Virus record (IMG/VR): IMGVR_UViG_3300027864_000003
DNA: 64,000 nt
Direction: 5' to 3' (one strand)
Source: a virus
Shown here in pieces: positions 45,669 through 54,071 of this stretch. A model generated the notes under the pieces. The model ran no database searches, had not been told where the DNA came from, and saw only the letters and a list, made by a program, of their open reading frames with translations. Position numbers and translations under genes: made by a program. Each line of letters starts with the position of its first letter. Position 1 is the first letter of the stretch.

Positions 45669-46424
45669 ATGCCAATCGACAAAGAATTTCTGACAGCCCA
45701 ACTCCAGGGTGTGGAAAAGAGTGATGAGAAAATCACCGCAATTCTCTCAGAGTATGATAAGGAAAAACTTTCTATTCTGAAGAATAAGGATGATATTCTC
45801 GCCGAAAAAAATGCGCTTGAGTTAAAACTCAAAGACAACACCGCGAAAATTACAGAACTTGAAGAAGCAAAAAAAGCGTTGGACGAAAGCATTAAATCCG
45901 GTTTGCCTGACAAGGAAAAAAAGATTTTTGAAGCAGATATCAAAACCCTTAAAGATCAAATCGAAATGCTGACAGGCGAAAGCACCAAAATGAAAACGGA
46001 ATATGATTCCAAAATCAAAACGCTTTCCGATGAAAAAACGCATTACATTATCGGCGAAGAATTTACAAAACTGATCAACGGCAATACTGCCATTTTCCCC
46101 GCGCTGAAAAACGGTCTTGTAAAAAGATTCTTTGCGGATTATCCGAAGCAGCTTTTTGGTCCGTATGAGTACAACGGCAAAACCGAGTACGTCATCAATG
46201 ACGGACCGAACAAAGGCAAGAAGATGGGTGATCTCCTGACAGAATTCCTTAATTCCGATGAAGGTAAGTATTACGTTGAAAACAAAAACACCGGGGGCGG
46301 TGCCCGCGGTCAACCAAACGCTGCCGGCGGTACTGAAAACAGTATTGCGCGTTCTCAGTTTGATCAAATGTCTTACGCGGAGCGCAAAGATTACTTAAGT
46401 AAAGGCGGCAAAATTCACAATTAG
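45669..46424 (+). CDS. capsid scaffolding protein
   Basis: Coiled-coil, charged sequence; C-terminal GGGA and ISRSQFDQMS..ER motif; directly before the coat gene. Confidence 0.75.
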   Translation: MPIDKEFLTAQLQGVEKSDEKITAILSEYDKEKLSILKNKDDILAEKNALELKLKDNTAKITELEEAKKALDESIKSGLPDKEKKIFEADIKTLKDQIEMLTGESTKMKTEYDSKIKTLSDEKTHYIIGEEFTKLINGNTAIFPALKNGLVKRFFADYPKQLFGPYEYNGKTEYVINDGPNKGKKMGDLLTEFLNSDEGKYYVENKNTGGGARGQPNAAGGTENSIARSQFDQMSYAERKDYLSKGGKIHN

Positions 46425-46439
46425 TGAAGGAGCTATCCA

Positions 46440-47630
46440 ATGAAAAAGATAATTTCTTTTTTTATTCATCTCCAATGGTTTGCAGATGAAAACAACAACC
46501 TGACGGATCTTATCCCGGATCTTTATGATTCGCTGGATATTGTATCAAGGGAACAAATCGGTGTAATGTCTGCCGCAACCAGAAACGCAAAAGCGGATTC
46601 AGTTTCTCTTGGCCAGAAATTAATGGTACCCATTGCCAATCCGAGAAAAACTCAGGACATACGCCCGGGACAGGAGCCGACAGGCAGCGGCGATGACTTC
46701 GATACTGTAGAAATCGAAATCAAGAAGATGAAAACCGCAGACCCGATTTGCTGGGACGGCGAACAGGAAGGCACACAGGGCGCACAGCTTGATCCTATGG
46801 TTAAAGACCAGATCACTCAGGCGATGAGAAGCCTTGCAAACGAAATTGAAGCCGATCTTGCATTAGAAGGTGTCGTTGCCGGTATTGCCGCGGGTAATGT
46901 TTACGGACAGAAGGGCGTAACGCCGTTTGCCGGAACACTCGGCGATATGGCGCAAATGCGCAGAATCCTTAACGACATGGGCGCGCCTATATCAGATCGC
47001 CAATTCGTAGCAAACTCGCTCGCTGCGGCGAATCTCTTGTCTGTAAATAATTTAACCAGTGTTGCTCATTCAGGCGGTGAATCCGAACTCAGGAACGGAA
47101 TTATACGTCCGCTTATGGGTATCAATGTTTGGGAATCGGGCGGATTTAATCCGATTGAAGCTGGTAACGCAGACGGTTATTTAACTAACGGCACAGCAGA
47201 AAAAGGCGCAAGGCAGGTTTACATCGATTCTGGTTCTGGAACTTTTAAAAGAGGTAACATTATCAGATTCGGCGATGACACCACAAAATATGTTGTCGCT
47301 GAAGATGTTCCTTCCGGCGCGACTGTATTGCCGATTGTCGGCAGACTGCAAAGCGCAATTGTGGATAACACAGAAATCGTTATCGAAACTGATACTTATA
47401 TGCCGAGCATTGCGTTTCACAGAAACGCGCTCGTACTCGCCTGCCGTCCGCCTAAAATGCCGAGACGCGGCGATAAAGCCCTTGATGTAACAAACATCGT
47501 AGACCCGGTTTCCGGTCTTGCATTCCAGGCTGCCTTGTACGGCGGTTACATGGAAAACAGGCTTGAAATCAGAGCTGCATGGGGCTGGAAAGCCGTCAGT
47601 CCTCGTCACATCTTAACCCTGTTCGGTTAA
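46440..47630 (+). CDS. major capsid protein (P22 coat-like) with N-terminal leader
   Basis: NNLTDLIPDLYDSLDIVSRE, QAMRSLANEIEADL, AFHRNALVLA, AWG; AAGGAG SD. Confidence 0.85.
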   Translation: MKKIISFFIHLQWFADENNNLTDLIPDLYDSLDIVSREQIGVMSAATRNAKADSVSLGQKLMVPIANPRKTQDIRPGQEPTGSGDDFDTVEIEIKKMKTADPICWDGEQEGTQGAQLDPMVKDQITQAMRSLANEIEADLALEGVVAGIAAGNVYGQKGVTPFAGTLGDMAQMRRILNDMGAPISDRQFVANSLAAANLLSVNNLTSVAHSGGESELRNGIIRPLMGINVWESGGFNPIEAGNADGYLTNGTAEKGARQVYIDSGSGTFKRGNIIRFGDDTTKYVVAEDVPSGATVLPIVGRLQSAIVDNTEIVIETDTYMPSIAFHRNALVLACRPPKMPRRGDKALDVTNIVDPVSGLAFQAALYGGYMENRLEIRAAWGWKAVSPRHILTLFG

Positions 47631-47685
47631 GCCACACATCCCCCGCTATTGCAGCGGGGGAATTTTATTTTATAAGGAGTCATTA

Positions 47686-48099
47686 ATGGCTACAAAATTG
47701 ATGAAGAAAGGCGACAAGTTCGCTGATATTTTTGACAGCCCGGAAACAATCGCTCAGGCGCAGAAAGACGGGTATCATATCTGCGATGAAGCTGAGATAG
47801 AAGCGCGCAAAGCGCTGGCGAAAGCCGAAGTAAAACAGCCGAAAAAATCTGCCGAGCCGAAAGCCGACAACACAATTATCGTGTTAGCGAATTTAGACAA
47901 GAACGGCTTAATGAAGTTTGCCGGAAAGAGAAAAATAATCGATGATACTTTCAAAACTCTTGAAAAAGAACCGCTTATCGTAAAGATCACCGATGTTCTG
48001 AAAGCAAAGATCGTTGAAGCGAAATTAAAAACCGCCGAGGAAGCCGCTGCGCTCCCCGAAGCTGATTTGATCGCGTTATTCGACACAATCGGTAAATAA
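47686..48099 (+). CDS. hypothetical head-associated protein
   Basis: AAGGAG SD after a GC hairpin at 47640-47661. Confidence 0.65.
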   Translation: MATKLMKKGDKFADIFDSPETIAQAQKDGYHICDEAEIEARKALAKAEVKQPKKSAEPKADNTIIVLANLDKNGLMKFAGKRKIIDDTFKTLEKEPLIVKITDVLKAKIVEAKLKTAEEAAALPEADLIALFDTIGK

Positions 48100-48115
48100 A
48101 TAAGCAGGGCAAGTC

Positions 48116-48643
48116 ATGTTTGAAGTTGAAAACGGAACAGGCCTTCCGGACGCGAACGCCTATGTCGATATTGAATACGTTGAAAAATATCTCATGGGGA
48201 ACAGGCTTGCCCAGTTTACCGAATTGGAAGAAGAAGAAAAACAAACCGCAATCATTAACGGCACACAGTTAGTTGACATTTCCTATAAATGGAAAGGATA
48301 CCGCAAATCGCTTGAACAAGGTTTGAACTGGCCGCGAACAGATGTAGAACTTCAGGGCTTCCCTGTCAACGGCATTCCTTCCGCAGTAAAGAAAGCCGCT
48401 TGCGAAGCTGTATGGCTTTACATGACGGAAGAAAGTCTTTTCAGTAATGAAAATAATCGTGAAGTGGCAAGAGAACGTGTTGAGGGTGCTGTCGATGTTA
48501 CCTATGTAAATCCAAAAGACAGAATAAATAATAACGTAACAAGATTTGAAATTCTGGACTTAATTCTCCGCGGGCTTTACGAAATTGAAGAACCTAATGC
48601 AAGCGGATCGAGTATCGGCACAGCGAGCGTGGAGCGAGCTTAA
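48116..48643 (+). CDS. head-tail adaptor (DnaT-like ssDNA-binding family)
   Basis: VENGTGLPDANAYVD...QGLNWPR...IPSAVKKAACE. Confidence 0.8.
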   Translation: MFEVENGTGLPDANAYVDIEYVEKYLMGNRLAQFTELEEEEKQTAIINGTQLVDISYKWKGYRKSLEQGLNWPRTDVELQGFPVNGIPSAVKKAACEAVWLYMTEESLFSNENNREVARERVEGAVDVTYVNPKDRINNNVTRFEILDLILRGLYEIEEPNASGSSIGTASVERA

Positions 48644-49029
48644 TGGGAATCAATTATACCCAGTTATGCGCAACTGCAAAACGTCTAATCGGTTCAAACG
48701 GAACAAAAGGTATTTTATTAAATCCCAGCGGAGAAAAAGGCGAATATAATCCAGCCACAGACGAAATTGAAAATAAATATATTCCGTTTGAAGGTTATTG
48801 TGTTATTACCGGGTATGACGAAAAATTAGTAGACGGTACAGTAATCAAAGCAGGGGATCGAAAAATAATAGCCGTCCTTCCGGCAGAGCCAATTCAGGGA
48901 ACTTCAAAAATAGAAGTCTACAATAAGAAAACAGGAATATTAGCAGATACTTATAACATAATTAACTGCACAATTGTAAATCCTGATATGTCGGTTGTTA
49001 TTGTTTACAAATTGCATTGCCGAAAGTAA
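48643..49029 (+). CDS. head closure/joining protein
   Basis: AKRLI...GEYNPAT...VDGTVIKAGDRK. Confidence 0.75.
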   Translation: MGINYTQLCATAKRLIGSNGTKGILLNPSGEKGEYNPATDEIENKYIPFEGYCVITGYDEKLVDGTVIKAGDRKIIAVLPAEPIQGTSKIEVYNKKTGILADTYNIINCTIVNPDMSVVIVYKLHCRK

Positions 49030-49041
49030 CAGGGGGAAAAC

Positions 49042-49185
49042 ATGAGCGCTAAAAATGCAAAGCTGTCACGCAATGTTGTAATAAAAGCAAGAAAGAAAAT
49101 ATCAAATGAACTAATCAGGCAACTTTTTGCCGCTCCCTGGTATGTCCGTATTATGTTTGCGTTCCGCGTTATCTTTAAGAGGTAA
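49042..49185 (+). CDS. 47-aa basic peptide (not in ORF track)
   Basis: GGGGG SD; fills the gap between neck genes. Confidence 0.45.
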   Translation: MSAKNAKLSRNVVIKARKKISNELIRQLFAAPWYVRIMFAFRVIFKR

Positions 49186-49187
49186 CT

Positions 49188-49634
49188 ATGGGATGGGACC
49201 CGAAAGCAACCGATCCCCTTGAATGGGCTGCCAAAACAAAAAATGCTCCGCGCGAAGCGGTTAATATATTTGCGTTTTCGCTCTTTAATCGTGTTGTTAT
49301 GCGAACTCCTGTTGATACCGGCGCGGCGCGGCAGAACTGGCTTGTTACTCTTAATTCAGGAACAGAGGAAGCCGATCCTTCAAAAACAACAGGCAGTGTT
49401 CTTACAGACGGCGGCAGTGTAATTGACAGGGCAAGAGGCGATGATAAAATCATCATACAAAATAATTTACCGTACATAAAAAAACTTGAGTACGGCGGTT
49501 TTACAAAGAAACCTCAGACGGAAAAAACAGTAGGCGGTTTTTCAAAACAGGCGCCGCAGGGAATGGTCGGGCTTGTATTAGCCAAAGCGGATGATTTATG
49601 GAAACGAGCCGTAGAAGCGGCAAAGGGGCATTAA
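49188..49634 (+). CDS. HK97 gp10-like tail completion protein
   Basis: TPVDTGAARQNW, NNLPYIKKLEYG, SKQAPQGMV. Confidence 0.85.
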   Translation: MGWDPKATDPLEWAAKTKNAPREAVNIFAFSLFNRVVMRTPVDTGAARQNWLVTLNSGTEEADPSKTTGSVLTDGGSVIDRARGDDKIIIQNNLPYIKKLEYGGFTKKPQTEKTVGGFSKQAPQGMVGLVLAKADDLWKRAVEAAKGH

Positions 49635-50077
49635 TGACAGACACATATATCGAGAAAACTTTAATTGACGCTTTTATGACGATTAATGATTTTTCCGGCG
49701 TTCCTTTGATCAAGATAGATGAAAAAGGAAAGCCGTTAAATGTTTCGCTTCCCAATATTCCATTTACACCGCCGAAAGATAATAATTTCTACATAATATC
49801 ATTTCTTCCTAACGAGCCAGAACCTGCAGGGCTGGGAACAAACGCAGAAAACCGCTGGAACGGAATTTTACAGATTGATATTATCGTTCCTATTGGCATC
49901 GGCACAGATACAATCGCAATAAGATATGATTGGATTGTAAAATTATTTCAGCGCGGAAAAACATTCAACGAAATTATGATAATAAGAGCATACCGCGCAG
50001 CACAGGGAGCCGAACCGGAAAATACAACTTACAGAACAGTAATTCGTGTTGAATTCACCGCTTCATTGCCGAAATAA
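49634..50077 (+). CDS. tail terminator-like protein
   Basis: PNIPFTPP, GILQIDIIVPIGIG; position. Confidence 0.7.
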   Translation: MTDTYIEKTLIDAFMTINDFSGVPLIKIDEKGKPLNVSLPNIPFTPPKDNNFYIISFLPNEPEPAGLGTNAENRWNGILQIDIIVPIGIGTDTIAIRYDWIVKLFQRGKTFNEIMIIRAYRAAQGAEPENTTYRTVIRVEFTASLPK

Positions 50078-50176
50078 AAACATCGCATACATATACTAAG
50101 TAAATATATACGAATTGCAGAGTAATCTTGTGCAGTTTATCTTTTATTCAGACTTTATTTTTTTAAGGAGAATAAA

Positions 50177-51700
50177 ATGAGTTATAAAACTGCGCCTAAT
50201 ACAAATTTATCTATTGCTGCTGAGGACGCTGACGGGAATGTTCCTGACAATGCAGCGTTCCAGCCTATGCGGTGGGTATCAAACACTCTTGAAGGGTCTT
50301 ACGAGACAATTCAGAACGATACCAAATTACCCGGTCGTAACCCTTCACAAAATTTCAAGGGTACGGATTCAAACGCCGGCGATCTTGTTGTAAACTTTGC
50401 GCCACTCGAACATGACAATCTATTAAAAGCGGTGTTGTGTAGCGAAAATGGTTTTGTGAAAAACGAAACTCTGTCAGATGACGATTACAGCGTATATGAC
50501 ATGATACCGGGCAATAAACAGCGCACATATTCCTTACTGAAAGAATTTACACAAGAGCCGAAATTATATCAACTTTTCAAAGGCTTGCAGTTTAACACTT
50601 TAAATATTTCTTTCACTATCGGCGCGCTTGTAAAACTCACTTTTGGTCTTATGGGAAGAAACAACCCGTTACTTGAAAAAGATGCTCCTGTAAATCTTGA
50701 CGGAAAACTTCCCGCATACGAGACAGAAGAATTTATTACTTTACAAGGTAGCTGGAAATTTAAAGGTCCTTATGATGATGAACCTGTTGAATACATTGAC
50801 GGTGTTGATATAACAGTTTCAATTACAAATAACATGGAAGAGCTGAGAGGATTATTCCAGAAAGAAGCTATTGATAAAACTCTTGGTATGCTCAACATCA
50901 CCGGAACTATCAATGAGTATGTAAAATACGGCAAACTTTACAATCTCTCAAAAGAAGGCAAAGGCGGCGATCTTTATATCACTGTTAGAAGCGATGTAGA
51001 TGATGCCGAATATGTTTTTGTTTTCAAAATCAGTTTTGACAATTCCACATTAAGCGGCGATTCACAGCTTCAGTACGCGCTTCCTTTCTCTACTTACGGA
51101 GAAGATCGTTTCAAAATAATAAAAATTGTTAAAAAGGGAACAGAACCGCAGCCTGAGCCTGAAATACAGGGAGCCGTTGAAATTGTCGGCAATCCTACAG
51201 TTGGATCTCTGCTTAATGCTTCCGTTACAGGAGAAGCAAACGGGCAAGTTCTTAACTATAAATGGTTAAGAGGTGAATCCTTAGACGGAACATTCTCGGT
51301 AATTGCAGGAGCAAATACATCTGAATATCAGATAACAAACGATGATCTTAACAATTTCCTCACAGTAGTTGTTACCCGAGATGGCTTTAGCGGACAATTG
51401 ATATCTGCGCCTACAGCAGCAATAACCGAACCTGCGCCGGGCACTGTCTCTGTAACTGGTGTTGAACTCAACAAGAACGCGGTAACAATTATTGAAGGCT
51501 ACACTGAAACTCTTGTCCCTACAGTGTCGCCAAGTAACGCAACAAATCAGTACTTGATGTGGGAATCAAGCGATGAACTCATCGCGACCGTTGATGACAA
51601 CGGCACAGTAACAGCGGTTGCTCAAGGTACGGCAACAATCACAGTTGTAACAGATGACGGTGATTTTGAAGATACCTGCGAAGTAACTATAGAAGCATAA
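50177..51700 (+). CDS. major tail tube protein with C-terminal Ig-like (Big_2) domains
   Basis: N-terminal tube domain; VTGVELNK...ETLVPTVSPSNATNQ..WESSD..IATVD.NG.VTAV..GTATITV. Confidence 0.85.
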   Translation: MSYKTAPNTNLSIAAEDADGNVPDNAAFQPMRWVSNTLEGSYETIQNDTKLPGRNPSQNFKGTDSNAGDLVVNFAPLEHDNLLKAVLCSENGFVKNETLSDDDYSVYDMIPGNKQRTYSLLKEFTQEPKLYQLFKGLQFNTLNISFTIGALVKLTFGLMGRNNPLLEKDAPVNLDGKLPAYETEEFITLQGSWKFKGPYDDEPVEYIDGVDITVSITNNMEELRGLFQKEAIDKTLGMLNITGTINEYVKYGKLYNLSKEGKGGDLYITVRSDVDDAEYVFVFKISFDNSTLSGDSQLQYALPFSTYGEDRFKIIKIVKKGTEPQPEPEIQGAVEIVGNPTVGSLLNASVTGEANGQVLNYKWLRGESLDGTFSVIAGANTSEYQITNDDLNNFLTVVVTRDGFSGQLISAPTAAITEPAPGTVSVTGVELNKNAVTIIEGYTETLVPTVSPSNATNQYLMWESSDELIATVDDNGTVTAVAQGTATITVVTDDGDFEDTCEVTIEA

Positions 51701-51807
51701 GTGCGCAACCCATGCGCCGGAGAGGATGGATGCGACCTGCGAGACGTGGCAGGAGGAGTCGTTATCCCGCGCATGGTATTTTATAAATTATATTTGGAGG
51801 AAAGATT

Positions 51808-52290
51808 ATGGATATTAGTCAATTCGTAACTCAAGAAAATGCGGACGAAGGTGTGTGGACACCTATTATAATTAACGGCACGCCGATGGATATTGATCTT
51901 AAAATACTCGGTGATGATTCAGATGTAGTTCAAAAATACCAGAGAAAACAAATTAAAAAAATGAAAGGACTGGTTTCTAATCTCAAAGATAATAAAACTG
52001 AAATTGACGATGACACTATTGACGAAATATTTGAATCAAACAATGAAGCTGTTATTATTAGAATTGCTGGAATTCGCGGTTGGAAAGTTGAACGAAAAGG
52101 GACCAAAGAAATCAGCCGTGAACCCGTCAATGCGATAACTATTAAAGACAGGGCAGGCGTAGAAAAAGAGATCAAGAACGATCACGAATCTTACGAATAT
52201 TTGGTAACCAAGATTCCGGCGATAAAAGAAATTGTTTTAAAAGTAGCGGGGGATCGCAACAATTTTTTATTGAAGCCGAGCGGAAATTAG
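51808..52290 (+). CDS. tail assembly chaperone (gpG analog)
   Basis: Position between tube and tape measure; ends RNNFLL at a slippery site. Confidence 0.8.
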   Translation: MDISQFVTQENADEGVWTPIIINGTPMDIDLKILGDDSDVVQKYQRKQIKKMKGLVSNLKDNKTEIDDDTIDEIFESNNEAVIIRIAGIRGWKVERKGTKEISREPVNAITIKDRAGVEKEIKNDHESYEYLVTKIPAIKEIVLKVAGDRNNFLLKPSGN

Positions 52291-52655
52291 AAAAAGCTGT
52301 TAGGCGGTTCTTTTTTCTTCACTCGGATCGGACTAGGAAAAACAGCAAGGGAATTGAGCATTATACTTATGCTGAAGAAACTGAGAAATTAATCAAGGCA
52401 ATAGGTCAAGAAAAGTTTGACAGGATAAAAGGGGAGGAGTTTGGATATATAACCCCTCCTCCTTACTTCTCTTATCTTTATACTTTATACATCGATCTAC
52501 ATTATGCTTCAAAAGACGGTATAAGTTATCAAGATATAGCCGCTTTCATTTCGACAACGCAAAATGAATTATCTATCTATGAAGTGTCTCTAATCCGCAA
52601 AATGTCAAGCTGGGCGGCTTCAGAGATCAACAAAGCGTGGAGAGAGAACAACTGA
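52263..52655 (+). CDS. -1 frameshift extension of the tail chaperone (gpT analog)
   Basis: T TTT TTA heptamer at 52263-52269; -1 frame open for 130 codons without its own start (FIEAERKLEKAVRRFF...EINKAWRENN). Confidence 0.8.
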   Translation, partial: FFIEAERKLEKAVRRFFFLHSDRTRKNSKGIEHYTYAEETEKLIKAIGQEKFDRIKGEEFGYITPPPYFSYLYTLYIDLHYASKDGISYQDIAAFISTTQNELSIYEVSLIRKMSSWAASEINKAWRENN

Positions 52656-52682
52656 TCTGACAGTTAAGGTTGTTGTCACAAA

Positions 52683-52871
52683 TCATTTCACATTGTCATT
52701 CTTCGTGTCCAAAACCCGATTGCTTACTCTTGTTAGGAATGTCTCAATAACACCTTCGGGTAAAAATCTTGTTTTCATTGATTTTAAGATGACTTCAAAG
52801 AATATATTTTCATCCCTGTTCCAGTAAAATATTCTTTCATCTAGAATTACTATATCTTTCATATCAAACAT
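52683..52871 (-). CDS. small hypothetical moron protein
   Basis: AGAGGGA SD; 62 aa. Confidence 0.5.
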   Translation of the reverse strand: MFDMKDIVILDERIFYWNRDENIFFEVILKSMKTRFLPEGVIETFLTRVSNRVLDTKNDNVK

Positions 52872-53406
52872 ACAATCCCTCTCTTGAATCTTGATAATCG
52901 TGGTTTACCTTTGAAGGCTCTCATTAAAAAACGTCTGCTAGCCGTAATAATCTGTCGTATTAGATTCATCGGTAAAAATACAAGATTGTGCGAGCTAAAA
53001 TCCAAAAAAAATAATTGTTATTTTTACCTTGCTTAAGTTCTTGTCCAGTAAAGAATTAACTTTCTAATTATATAAAAACCGTAACATACGATTAGTATGT
53101 CTATATTTAAAATAATTTATTTTAAATATAGAAAAGAAATAAATAGAGTTTTTACGAATTAGTAAAAAATTAATATTTAAAAAATGATAAATAGAACATA
53201 TTACTGTATAATGCGATATAGAGAAAATTATTCGTTTTATTTTTAACAGCTAGTAAAAAATTATTTTAGGAGGTATGACTATGAAATAGCTTGTCGGAGG
53301 TATTTATAACTAGTACTCTAGTTCAAGCATTATCAGTTATTGCAGACATAATTACTGTAATGCTATCTATCAGGGTTCTGTATATATAAAAATAAACCGT
53401 TCCGGT

Positions 53407-53532
53407 CTATTTCTTTTTGACTGGAGCTTTTGCTGGTGGCTTAACTGGCGGTGTTGTCATTGTTGTTTTACCTCTGTTTGGAGGTGTTGGTGTTGATGAT
53501 GACGGCGTACGACTTGATTTTAATTTTGCCAT
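53407..53532 (-). CDS. 41-aa Pro/Thr/Lys-rich peptide (not in ORF track)
   Basis: AGGAAGGA SD; MAKLKSSRTPSSSTPTPPNRGKTTMTTPPVKPPAKAPVKKK, 10 nt after the stop of the membrane moron. Confidence 0.55.
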   Translation of the reverse strand: MAKLKSSRTPSSSTPTPPNRGKTTMTTPPVKPPAKAPVKKK

Positions 53533-53542
53533 TTTTTCCTTC

Positions 53543-53998
53543 CTATTTTATTAGATTTATTGCTATAAAAAGCATTAAAAACGCCAACCCAGAAATAAGC
53601 AGTAATATTGAAATGTATTGCAATATTGCATTGGGGCTAAAATACAAACTTCTTTTTTTATAGTTAGTTTCTTCCCCATTGTACTTTAATGCAAGATTGT
53701 CGTTTTCTTCTTTGGCTAAAGATGAGTGAGAAAATGAACTTATTATGAAACCAATTATTCCTAGAATAATAATAAATGTAAAACAAGACCAAGAGGTTAC
53801 AAGGAATTCATAATTAGAGGCGTATTTAATCTCTACAATCTGATCAATAAATGTAAACGATAACCCGAATGATCCAGATGAAATTGTCAGCAGCCATTTT
53901 TCGGCTTTAGAATCTTCGTCATATTGCCGCTGTTCCAGTATTTCTACTCTTCGTATGGAAGCGTCATAGTTTTTCCAGTCGGTTTCTTCTCTTTTCAT
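53543..53998 (-). CDS. membrane moron protein (about 3 TM segments)
   Basis: Hydrophobic segments; own TTGACA-N17-TAGTAT promoter at 54042-54014. Confidence 0.75.
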   Translation of the reverse strand: MKREETDWKNYDASIRRVEILEQRQYDEDSKAEKWLLTISSGSFGLSFTFIDQIVEIKYASNYEFLVTSWSCFTFIIILGIIGFIISSFSHSSLAKEENDNLALKYNGEETNYKKRSLYFSPNAILQYISILLLISGLAFLMLFIAINLIK

Positions 53999-54071
53999 AT
54001 TATTAGTATATATATACTAAGTAAATATACACGAATTGTCAATTATTAATATCTCTCAAATAATGTAATAC

